DNA from: an uncultured Planctomycetia bacterium
GTDB taxonomy: Bacteria > Omnitrophota > Gorgyraeia > JAGLLT01 > CAZKQD01
Direction: 5' to 3'
Length of the DNA: 39,174 bases
Assembly: GCA_964554835.1 (NCBI GenBank)
Contig: CAZKQD010000001.1
Location: 1,220 to 40,393 of the forward strand
The notes under the pieces were generated by a model that searched no databases, had not been told where the DNA came from, and was given only the letters and a program-made list of their open reading frames with translations. The position numbers and the translations under genes are program-made. Every line of letters starts with the position of its first letter. Positions within the stretch are counted from its first letter, which is position 1. Below are positions 28,614-36,406 of this stretch, piece after piece.

Positions 28614-29712
28614 TCAATTTAGAGCACTGCTCTTTAAATACCCCTCAATAAACCCATCTATATTCCCATCTAATACTCCCTGGGTGTTGCCTGTTTCAAT
28701 ATTGGTGCGGTGGTCCTTTACCATATTATAAGGATGGAGGATATATGAACGGATTTGAGAACCCCAGGCAATTTTCTCTTTTCCTCCATAATGCTTGGAT
28801 AATTGTTCTTTCTGTTTCTCTTTTTCTAATTGATGAAGGCGGGCTTTTAGAATTTTTAAGGCTACCGCTTTATTCTGGTGCTGGGAGCGTTCATTTTGAC
28901 ACTGAACTACTATATTTGTAGGTAGATGGGTAATTCGAACGGCAGAGTCAGTAACATTTACATGCTGACCTCCGGCTCCGGATGAACGGTAGGTATCAAT
29001 CCTTAAGTCTTTTGGATTTATCTCAATCTTTATCTCTTCTGTAATTTCAGGGATAACATCAACGGAGGCAAAAGAGGTATGACGTCTCTTTCCTGCATCA
29101 AAAGGAGAAATTCTTACTAAACGGTGAACACCTCTTTCTGGTTTCAGATATCCATATACGTAATCGCCCTTAATAATAACTGTTGCACTTTTTATGCCGG
29201 CTTCTTCACCCGGTAATAAATCAACTGTCTGAACTGAATAATTTTTGCTTTCTGCCCATCTTGTATACATCCTAAGAAGCATCTGGACCCAATCACAAGA
29301 CTCAGTGCCCCCTGCGCCAGCATGTATACTCAAGATGGCATTGTTTTTATCATGTTCTCCGCTTAATAAACGCTTAAATTCTAACTTTTCAATTTCCTCT
29401 TTAAGATTATTTGCTTCTTTCTCAAGCTGAGAGAAGGTTTTTTTATCTGCTTCTTCTGTTATATCAACCAGTTCTTTTAAATCCTGGCATTCTTCATTCA
29501 TCTTCTGCCAGGATACTATAGTATCTTTTATGTTTTTGAGTTCTTTAGAAAGTTCCTGGGCTCGCTCTTTATTGTTCCAGAAATCTGACTTAGATGTTTC
29601 TTTTTTTAACTCTTTTATTCTTTCTTCCTTTTTGTCTAGGTCAAAGATACCCCCTTGCTTGCTTTAATCTTTTTGATAACTCTTTTAATTCCGCCTTTAA
29701 TTCCTGTTTCAT
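28614..29712 (-). CDS. prfB: Peptide chain release factor 2, requires programmed +1 frameshift (frame 0: 29712..29644; frame +1: 29642..28614)
   Basis: RF2-specific SPF (VRISPFD) and universal GGQ (SGAGGQHVN). The upstream 23-codon ORF MKQELKAELKELSKRLKQARGYL ends in CTT TGA C. A +1 shift continues as DLDKKEERIKELKKETSKSDFWNN... into the ORF-track reading frame. Strong SD AAAGGAGG lies before the ATG at 29712. Confidence 0.95.
29640..29655 (-). promoter_or_regulatory. RF2 autoregulatory +1 frameshift site with internal SD (AGGGGG TAT CTT TGA C)
   Basis: Minus strand reads AGGGGGTATCTTTGAC, which matches the classical E. coli prfB shift site as I recall it. CTT is at 29646..29644, in-frame TGA at 29643..29641, C at 29640. 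Confidence 0.9.
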
Positions 29713-29728
29713 CAATAATCCTCCTTTA

Positions 29729-29805
29729 AATGAGCCCCTACTGTTTCGTTTTGTTTCGCTTCGCTTCACAAAAGCGAAACAAAACGGTAGGGGCGAATTA
29801 ACCCC
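29729..29805 (-). repeat. Repeat variant D1: conserved flanks of the A/B unit around a different hairpin
   Basis: Plus strand: AATGAGC-CCCTACTGTTTCGTTTTGTTTCGCTTCGCTTCACAAAAGCGAAACAAAACGGTAGGG-GCGAATTAACCCC. It shares AATGAGC and GCGAATTAA(A)CCCC with A/B. The internal stem is CCCCTAC..CGTTTTGTTTCGCTT / AAGCGAAACAAAACGGTAGGGG. Confidence 0.7.
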
Positions 29806-29823
29806 TTGACATCTCAGGTGTCA

Positions 29824-29880
29824 AGGGTGAATTCAGACTGAAATTTACGTTCACTTTGCTCCGTAAGTCTCGTCTTCATT
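29824..29880 (+). repeat. Hairpin repeat unit, copy D2 (same orientation as C, overlaps the pyk stop codon)
   Basis: AGGGTGAATTCAGACTGAAATTTACGTTCACTTTGCTCCGTAAGTCTCGTCTTCATT aligns with copy C (GGGTCAAATTTGGACAGACAATTTACGTTCA...TTCCGTAAATTGTGTCCTCATT). Confidence 0.7.
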
Positions 29881-31300
29881 TCACCTTAAATATATCTATT
29901 GAGCCAAATTTAATTCCTTCTGGTTTTATCCCCTTGGTAAAGATAACGAATTTTCCTTTTGAGAGTATCTTCTTCTTTAATAGAATCTTTAATATGCTAC
30001 CTATGTCTTTTTTAAGAATATCTTTTATGAAGACAGGCCGCACTCCCCAATATAGAAGTACCTCATCCATTACATCTTTATTATCACTTATTGCAATAAT
30101 AGGATCCCATGGTCTGAATTTAGCAATAACTCTAGCAGCATTTCCAGTTTCAGTATGAACAATAATAGCATCTATATCTATAAGTTGCGCAAGATTTCTT
30201 AAACCAAAACTCATCGCCTCTGATGCATTATTATTAGCTGGTCTGATATTTCTTATTGCAAGCATCTTATTGTAATTAAGTGACCTTTCAGTGTTAACAA
30301 TAATCTTATTCATATAAGAAACAGCTTCTTTTGGATATTTACCCACTGCAGTCTCTGCAGAAAGCATAACTAAATCAGTTCCATCTATAATAGCATTAGC
30401 CACATCTGCAACCTCTGCGCGGGTTGGCTGTTTGTTGGTTGTCATAGAATCGAGCATTTGCGTAGCAGTAATAACAGGTTTCCCTCTTCGGTTACACTTA
30501 TGTATTATTTCTTTTTGAATAATGGGCACCTTCTCTAAAGATAAACAAACGCCCATATCGCCTCTTGCTACGACTATTCCTTCAGCAGTCTCTATGATCT
30601 TATCTATGTTTTTTAGGCCTTCAGCATTTTCTATTTTAGCAATTACAGGAACCTGGCCTTTTTTTCTTTTCATAAAGGTTTTTAATCCTTTTATATCTTC
30701 TGGAAAGCGTACAAATGACTGGGCTACATAATCAACTCCTAACTTAAGGCCAAATTTTAAATCTTTTTTGTCTTTTGTAGATATGCCTTTGAATTTAAAA
30801 TTAACACCTGGAACATTTATTCCTTTATGTTCTTTTAACTCATCACCCGATATTACTCGTGTATCAAGCCTATTCTTTCTAACCTTTATTACTTTTAGTT
30901 TAATCTCACCGTCATCGATATAGATATGGTTTCCTTTCTTCAGATATTTTTCAAAATTAGAATATGATATAGTTACTAAATTATTGTTTCCAATCTTTTT
31001 CTTTGAAGTTACTTCAATCATCTGTCCTCGTTTTAATTTAATGGGTTCGTGATTCTCTAAAGCACCTGTTCTTATCCTGTGGCCTTCTAAATCCTGCATA
31101 ATACCTATAGGTTTATTTATATCTTTTGACACCTGGCGGATTATATTATAAGTTTTCTTATGATGGGCGTGGTCGCCATGTGAGAAGTTAAGCCGGGTTA
31201 TATCCATTCCTGCCTCGGCTAACTTTTTTATTGCTTTATAGCTAGAAGAAGCAGGCCCTAATGTGCAGATAATTTTTGTTTTTCTGGTATAAACTGCCAC
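29876..31300 (-). CDS. pyk: Pyruvate kinase
   Basis: RKTKIICTLGPAS, MDITRLNFSHG, IAKIENAEG, VARGDMGV, ATQMLDSM motifs; 474 aa. Confidence 0.95.
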   Translation of the reverse strand: MAVYTRKTKIICTLGPASSSYKAIKKLAEAGMDITRLNFSHGDHAHHKKTYNIIRQVSKDINKPIGIMQDLEGHRIRTGALENHEPIKLKRGQMIEVTSKKKIGNNNLVTISYSNFEKYLKKGNHIYIDDGEIKLKVIKVRKNRLDTRVISGDELKEHKGINVPGVNFKFKGISTKDKKDLKFGLKLGVDYVAQSFVRFPEDIKGLKTFMKRKKGQVPVIAKIENAEGLKNIDKIIETAEGIVVARGDMGVCLSLEKVPIIQKEIIHKCNRRGKPVITATQMLDSMTTNKQPTRAEVADVANAIIDGTDLVMLSAETAVGKYPKEAVSYMNKIIVNTERSLNYNKMLAIRNIRPANNNASEAMSFGLRNLAQLIDIDAIIVHTETGNAARVIAKFRPWDPIIAISDNKDVMDEVLLYWGVRPVFIKDILKKDIGSILKILLKKKILSKGKFVIFTKGIKPEGIKFGSIDIFKVK

Positions 31301-31677
31301 TATTCTATTCCTTTCTCTATTTTCCTTAATTCGAACTCACTTAAGCCAAAATAATGGCCTATTTCATGCAATAAAACATCTTTAATTTCTTCTTTTAATT
31401 TATCTTTTGTCTTACATTGAAATTCAATATTATCCTTGTATAAAATTATTCTGTCAGATAACACATTAGAATAAAAAACGCCGCGACGCCTTAAAGGCAC
31501 TCCGTGATATAAACCTAGAAGTCCTTTTAATGTCTGTCTTCTTCTTCTATAAAATCGAGGGTTTGGCTTATCAGCTATAACTATATCAATATTATCAAGC
31601 CGCTTCTTGAACTCCTCAGGTATTTCATCAAAGACCTCTTTAGTAATCTTCTCAAATTCTTTACGGGATATCTTCAT
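31300..31677 (-). CDS. Small zincin-like metallopeptidase family protein (DUF1025/Zincin_1-like)
   Basis: C-terminal HExxH motif in the typical context (LLHEIGHYFGLSE); 125 aa; 1-nt overlap with the pyk start. Confidence 0.65.
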   Translation of the reverse strand: MKISRKEFEKITKEVFDEIPEEFKKRLDNIDIVIADKPNPRFYRRRRQTLKGLLGLYHGVPLRRRGVFYSNVLSDRIILYKDNIEFQCKTKDKLKEEIKDVLLHEIGHYFGLSEFELRKIEKGIE

Positions 31678-31685
31678 CTTCTATT

Positions 31686-32501
31686 TCAAAAATACTTCCT
31701 GTAAGTATCTATATCAAAATCCTCTGCTATCTTATACTTCTTATTGGTAGGTCTGATATCTAAGATTCTCTTAATATTAAAAGTCCTCAAGGCTTTCCTC
31801 AGGTGGCAAAATGCTACAATCTGATCCTCATCAATATAATAAATGTCAATTAGTCTTTTTTGTGGCATTACTTCTCCATCTCCGGTTGAAGAAGAAGTAT
31901 AATATATATTAATTGTCTTTTTCTCTAAAAAGGCCTTATTCAACTTTGCCTTTAAACTTCCTACTTTAGACCAGGAGATAGAAATTCTTTCTAGTTTATC
32001 AAAATTTTTATATAAAAGATAGCCATGATTTTGACCATAATCATAAAGTTCTTTTGTAAGTCTTACATCATGTTTACAATATTCAATTAATTTTTCTATC
32101 TGGCCATTCTCCCAGAATTTAACAGCCATAAGACCATTAGCTGTCTTTTTATTATTTAGGGTAGCCTCTGCTAAATAATCTAATTTTATGCGTCGCCCAA
32201 GAGAATTATAGACTTCTTCTAAAATATCTAAAGTAGGCAAATCGCCAAGCGGCTCATCAGAATAACTCTCAAGAACAGGATAGTCAAAAGCTTTAAGGTT
32301 AAATCCTACTACCAAATCCGCTCCTTTTAACTCTTGTATTAGCTCATCTATATTATTTTCATCATAAACCCTGTAAGAATCATCTTTGTAAAAGTAAGCA
32401 ACAGTGACGGATACTCGCAACTGACTCTTGCTTTGATTATTTCTTATGGGGGTTTGTGTTTCTATATCAAAAACTATAACATTGTCTTTTTCTTTATTCA
32501 T
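31686..32501 (-). CDS. DEDDh-type 3'-5' exonuclease (RNase H-like fold) fused to a C-terminal WYL-like domain
   Basis: Exo I VFDIET, Exo II GFNLKAFDYPVL, Exo III YCKHDVRLTKELY (H-x4-D). The C-terminal ~80 aa match the WYL/Sm-like pattern (INIYYTS...QKRLIDIYYIDEDQIVAFCHLRKALRTFNIKRILDI). Confidence 0.6.
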   Translation of the reverse strand: MNKEKDNVIVFDIETQTPIRNNQSKSQLRVSVTVAYFYKDDSYRVYDENNIDELIQELKGADLVVGFNLKAFDYPVLESYSDEPLGDLPTLDILEEVYNSLGRRIKLDYLAEATLNNKKTANGLMAVKFWENGQIEKLIEYCKHDVRLTKELYDYGQNHGYLLYKNFDKLERISISWSKVGSLKAKLNKAFLEKKTINIYYTSSSTGDGEVMPQKRLIDIYYIDEDQIVAFCHLRKALRTFNIKRILDIRPTNKKYKIAEDFDIDTYRKYF

Positions 32502-32728
32502 AATTTTATCGGAGTTTTAAAATGAATAGTCTTAAATTTAGACTTCTCGCCCTTCACTAATTCTATGTCGCTTTTGCTTATCTGGAAATGTTTTGCTAAA
32601 ACCTCAATAAGTTTTTTATTTGCTTTCCCTCTCTCTGGCGCCTGAGTAATATAAACCTTTAAATTAGCATCTTCTCTCTTTACCTCATTCTTGTTTGCAT
32701 TAGTTATTACTTTTACCTTTACATGCAT
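32498..32728 (-). CDS. DUF167 (YggU/UPF0235) family protein
   Basis: 76 aa, pattern V.V.V.P.A..N.V......L.V.....P..GKAN..L...LA......S.I.lv.G..S..K (VKVITNANKNEV...APERGKANKKLIEVLAKHFQISKSDIELVKGEKSKFK). Confidence 0.7.
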   Translation of the reverse strand: MHVKVKVITNANKNEVKREDANLKVYITQAPERGKANKKLIEVLAKHFQISKSDIELVKGEKSKFKTIHFKTPIKL

Positions 32729-32746
32729 CTGTGATACTCCTTTCCT

Positions 32747-35671
32747 TTACTTGTTATTGTAATTACTCATAGTATAAGAACATATCTGATTATATGGACA
32801 ATACGTACAGGCTTGATATGTTGGTTTTGCATTAAAATCGCCCCTTCTTATAGACTCTGATACCTCTTTTATCTTACCGATCGCCTTATCTAATTCTTTC
32901 TCTGTCTTTTTATCTTTTCCCACTAAGCCAGATTCGAGAAAATGCAACTCTACTCTATCTGGCAAATATCCTCTTTTTTCTTTGTAAGCTAAAGCATATA
33001 TATCTAACTGAATACTATTTTTTGTTCTTCTATCTGCTTTTTTCTGATCGTTTATATTGGAAGATTTATAATCAATAATTACACTTTCGTCATCATTCTC
33101 ATCTATTCTATCCCATCTTCCAGAAATCCTACAATTATTCAAGATAATCTTAAAATCTTCCTCAATCGAAGTAGGAAGCTTATTTGTCTTTTCCTCTCTT
33201 TTGAAAAATTGTTCTATAGTTTTTCCCCCAGTTTTATATCTCTCCCTTTCGTGCTCCTTTGAAAGATATCCTTCATCAGTCCAGATATTTTCGTAGTAAG
33301 ACAACAAATTATCTAAAGTAACTTTTTGATTATTTAACTTTCTTCTAAAATACTCAGCGACAACATCGTGTAAAATTTTTCCATAGATTACTGCATGATG
33401 TCTTAAAATCGGAATTCGCAGAATATGAATGTATTTATATTTTAGGGGACAGGTTAAATAGTCATCAATTTTATAGGGGCTCAAATCAATCATTTTTTCT
33501 TTACTAGGGATAGCTTTTACGCTTGGTGCTTTTTGCTTTGGAGCGTGTCTGTTTATCACCTCTAATGCTTTTGACTTATATGGCTCAAATTCTGTTTTAG
33601 ATAAATTCAGGGCCTCTAAGATAAACAAAGATACTTTTCTTGGACGTTTGCCGCCATAGTCCCTTGCGCTGGTTAGATAGAGCTCTTTTTGCGCCCTGGT
33701 CATACCCACATAGAAAAGTCTTCTTTCTTCCTGAATGAAGAAATCACCAATAGGTAAAATATCCTTAACTAGTTTTTCAGGTAGTTCAATCGGTTCTTTC
33801 CTCTTTGGCCACGGGAATTTATTCATTACCAGACTAACCATAAAGACAACTGGAAATTCTAATCCTTTAGCTTTATGAATTGTGAGAATGTTTATCGCTG
33901 GAATATCTATATCAGCCTCAGCAACAGCTGGATCATCGCCAGAGTTAATTAATAAATCTAAGTGTGATACAAAAACGGGCACACGATCATGCTCAGTAAG
34001 AGAATTGAAATTTTTAACTACCTCAAAAAACTTAGCTAGATTCTTTATTTTTTCTTCGCTACCTTGAGTCTCTTGTTTAGTCAACTGCTTAAGGTATCCT
34101 GTATCATTTAAGAATTTATAAAGTACATTACCCGTTGATAAGCTGCGAGATGCCTCTAAGAATTTATCTATATCCGCAACTAACCCCTTGATTTTATCTT
34201 GTTCTTTTTCATTGATATCTTGCAACTCGGATATCTGTTCAATATCTTTAAATACCCGATAAAGGGGTATATTTTTTCTACTTGAATAGTTTGCGCAATA
34301 TGTTAAAGCATCCATGCTAATTTTATAAATTTCAGAGCTTGCTAAGTGATATAGACTCACTGAATCAGACAAATTAGAAAGAATTCTCAAGAATGAGGTA
34401 ACCAGCCTGATCACATCTTGAGAATATAATCCCTGATTGCCAGTAAAACGCCATGGCAAATTTTCCATATTCATTGCCCTTAGATATGGTTCTGCGTCGT
34501 TATTTGAGCGAACCAATATTGCGAAATCCTGATAATTATACTCTCCATTTTCAACTTTCTCTTTAATAATTTTTGCCACCTGGTCTGCTTCATATGAGAT
34601 TGTATCATAATGAAGATGCTCGGGCTTTTTACCATTTTTCATTCGGCCTTTCAGTTTTTTATTAACTCCTGTTTTTACTTCAAGGCGGTCAGGGTCGTTA
34701 TTTCGTATCAGCCTATAAGCACAATCAAGTATTGTTTGTGTACTTCTGTAATTTTTGGTAATAACTACCTTTTTGGCATTCCTGTAAGTGTCTATAAAAC
34801 CTATAACATTACTTATGGCTGCTCCTCTAAATTTATATATAGACTGGTCATCATCAGCAGAAACAGTTATGTTGTCATGCTCCTTAGCTAATAGTTTTAC
34901 TAGTTCGAATTGAGCGAAGTTTGTATCCTGAAATTCATCAACCAAAATATATTTAAATTGTTTCTGATATTCTTTTAAAACAGAAGGATGTTCTCTAAAT
35001 AATTTGAGAACAAGGTGAAACTGATCGCCAAAATCCACCATACCTTCCTTAAGTTTTAGTTCCTGGTATTTCCTATAATTTAAGGCTATCTCTTTTTCTT
35101 TTTTAGCAATTTCGGCAAGTCCTTCATCTTTGGGATTCTTCTTAGATTTTGCTTCTAACTCCTCCGCATAAGCAAGGTATTCCTTGGGACTTACATCTTC
35201 ATCTCTTGCACGGGAAAAGACTGTAACTAAGGCATTAACATATCTATCAGGGTTGCCTAGGGGACGATAATAATCAAGAGGAAATTCAAAAAGATGCTCT
35301 TTTATAAAAATCATCTGCTCAGCTCGGGTCAGGACTCTAAAATCAGGGTCTAATCCTATGTCTAAGGCTCTTTCTTTTAAGACTCTTTCCCCAAAAGCAT
35401 GGAAGGTGCTAATCCATATGTTTACATAACCATAAGGGACCAAAACATCTACCCTTTCTTCCATTTCAGCCGCTGCTTTGTCCGTGAAGGTTAAAGCTAG
35501 AATTTCCTCAGATTTGGCTTTCCCCGATGCAATCAGATAGGCTACCCTTCGTGTAATTACACGGGTTTTACCCGTGCCGGCTCCTGCTATAATTAATAAC
35601 GGACCCCTATCATAAATTACTGCTTTCTTCTGCTGTGGATTTAAATCTTTTAGCATATTTTTTACTTCCAT
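32747..35671 (-). CDS. UvrD/PcrA-type SF1 helicase fused to a C-terminal PD-(D/E)XK nuclease with Cas4/AddB-type 4-Cys cluster
   Basis: Helicase motifs: LNPQQKKAV, Walker A AGAGTGKT, ILVDEFQDTN, NYRST, TIHKAKGLEFPVVF, VGMTRA. Nuclease motifs: GRWDRID...VIIDYKSS and QLDIYALAY. Cysteines: DYLTCPLKY plus CTYCPYNQIC. Confidence 0.85.
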   Translation of the reverse strand: MEVKNMLKDLNPQQKKAVIYDRGPLLIIAGAGTGKTRVITRRVAYLIASGKAKSEEILALTFTDKAAAEMEERVDVLVPYGYVNIWISTFHAFGERVLKERALDIGLDPDFRVLTRAEQMIFIKEHLFEFPLDYYRPLGNPDRYVNALVTVFSRARDEDVSPKEYLAYAEELEAKSKKNPKDEGLAEIAKKEKEIALNYRKYQELKLKEGMVDFGDQFHLVLKLFREHPSVLKEYQKQFKYILVDEFQDTNFAQFELVKLLAKEHDNITVSADDDQSIYKFRGAAISNVIGFIDTYRNAKKVVITKNYRSTQTILDCAYRLIRNNDPDRLEVKTGVNKKLKGRMKNGKKPEHLHYDTISYEADQVAKIIKEKVENGEYNYQDFAILVRSNNDAEPYLRAMNMENLPWRFTGNQGLYSQDVIRLVTSFLRILSNLSDSVSLYHLASSEIYKISMDALTYCANYSSRKNIPLYRVFKDIEQISELQDINEKEQDKIKGLVADIDKFLEASRSLSTGNVLYKFLNDTGYLKQLTKQETQGSEEKIKNLAKFFEVVKNFNSLTEHDRVPVFVSHLDLLINSGDDPAVAEADIDIPAINILTIHKAKGLEFPVVFMVSLVMNKFPWPKRKEPIELPEKLVKDILPIGDFFIQEERRLFYVGMTRAQKELYLTSARDYGGKRPRKVSLFILEALNLSKTEFEPYKSKALEVINRHAPKQKAPSVKAIPSKEKMIDLSPYKIDDYLTCPLKYKYIHILRIPILRHHAVIYGKILHDVVAEYFRRKLNNQKVTLDNLLSYYENIWTDEGYLSKEHERERYKTGGKTIEQFFKREEKTNKLPTSIEEDFKIILNNCRISGRWDRIDENDDESVIIDYKSSNINDQKKADRRTKNSIQLDIYALAYKEKRGYLPDRVELHFLESGLVGKDKKTEKELDKAIGKIKEVSESIRRGDFNAKPTYQACTYCPYNQICSYTMSNYNNK

Positions 35672-35697
35672 ATTTTATTTGTGTTCCTTTTATTATT

Positions 35698-35725
35698 AGT
35701 ATATTACACTCAATTTTTTTTGCAA
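35698..35725 (-). promoter_or_regulatory. Sigma70-like promoter candidate (TTGCAA-16-TATACT) upstream of the helicase-nuclease gene
   Basis: Minus strand: TTGCAA at 35725..35720, 16-nt spacer, TATACT at 35703..35698, about 27 nt upstream of the ATG at 35671. Confidence 0.35.
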
Positions 35726-35744
35726 GCATATTCAAATTAAATAT

Positions 35745-36059
35745 CTAAATTTTAAGTCTTTGTTTTATATCCTTCTCAAGTTGAATCAGCTCTTTCTTAA
35801 TTTTTCTACCATATATGTATCCACCTATATCACCGTTGGATTTAACAACTCTGTGGCAGGGTATAATAAAAGGATAGGGGTTTTTCTTTAACGCTTGGCC
35901 CACTGCACGATACGCCTTTGGATAAGCAACATTTTTTGCGATTTGCTTATAGGTTCTAAGTTCGCCGAGGGGAATTGATAAAACTTCTCTATAGACTTTA
36001 GTCTCAAATTCACTGCATTCTTTTAAAATATTCGATAATAGTTTTTGTGCTTTTTTCAT
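35745..36059 (-). CDS. ogt: Methylated-DNA--protein-cysteine methyltransferase (single-domain Ogt/MGMT)
   Basis: Active-site motif IPCHRVV and upstream YKQIA...RAVGQALKKNP helix-turn-helix region; 104 aa (C-terminal domain only). Confidence 0.85.
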   Translation of the reverse strand: MKKAQKLLSNILKECSEFETKVYREVLSIPLGELRTYKQIAKNVAYPKAYRAVGQALKKNPYPFIIPCHRVVKSNGDIGGYIYGRKIKKELIQLEKDIKQRLKI

Positions 36060-36075
36060 TCCGCTATATTTTAAG

Positions 36076-36103
36076 TTGACAAAAATATATCATCTGCTAT
36101 AAT
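36076..36103 (+). promoter_or_regulatory. Near-consensus sigma70 promoter for rpsT (TTGACA-16-TGcTATAAT)
   Basis: TTGACA at 36076..36081, extended -10 TGCTATAAT with TATAAT at 36098..36103. SD-like GAGG lies before the ATG at 36140. Confidence 0.6.
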
Positions 36104-36139
36104 AATATGAAATTAAATTAGGACAAATGAGGTAAAAAA

Positions 36140-36406
36140 ATGCCGAATCGCAAATCAGCTCTTAAATCGCTAAAGAAAAACATAAAAAGACGCGGGCGTA
36201 ACAAACCACTTCGTTCTGAGTTAAAAACAAAAGATAAAAAATTTAATGTTTTATTGAGCGAAAATAAACTTGATGAAGCCAAGAATTATCTAAAAGACTT
36301 TGTAGTTAAAATAGATAAAGCTACATCAAAAGGTATAATTCACAAGAAGAAAGCTGATAGAAAAAAATCCCGTCTAATGAAAAAATTAAATAAGCTCGCC
36401 TCTTAA
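36140..36406 (+). CDS. rpsT: 30S ribosomal protein S20
   Basis: MPNRKSALKSLKKNIKRRGRNKPLRSELKT...KGIIHKKKADRKKSRL, a typical basic S20; 88 aa. The only plus-strand gene in the window. Confidence 0.9.
   Translation: MPNRKSALKSLKKNIKRRGRNKPLRSELKTKDKKFNVLLSENKLDEAKNYLKDFVVKIDKATSKGIIHKKKADRKKSRLMKKLNKLAS

Noticed and set aside
29594-29809. 71-aa plus-strand ORF spanning the prfB 5' region and repeat D1.
   Set aside because: The region is explained by the prfB frame-0 leader and frameshift site on the minus strand and by the repeat element. The peptide is low complexity.
29796-29827. The palindrome CCCTTGACA..TGTCAAGGG inside the pyk-prfB spacer as a bidirectional promoter (-35 TTGACA on both strands).
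   Set aside because: The best -10 at 17-nt spacing on the prfB side is TTAATT (3/6 match, lacking the critical A at position 2). This is too weak to call without transcript data.
19008-29880. Whether the repeat units encode a conserved peptide (e.g. GGFNS.IRFTFT... in one frame of A and B).
   Set aside because: The frames are interrupted by stops within 17-21 codons, and the frame is not maintained in copies C, D1 and D2. Conservation follows the stem structure rather than codon positions.
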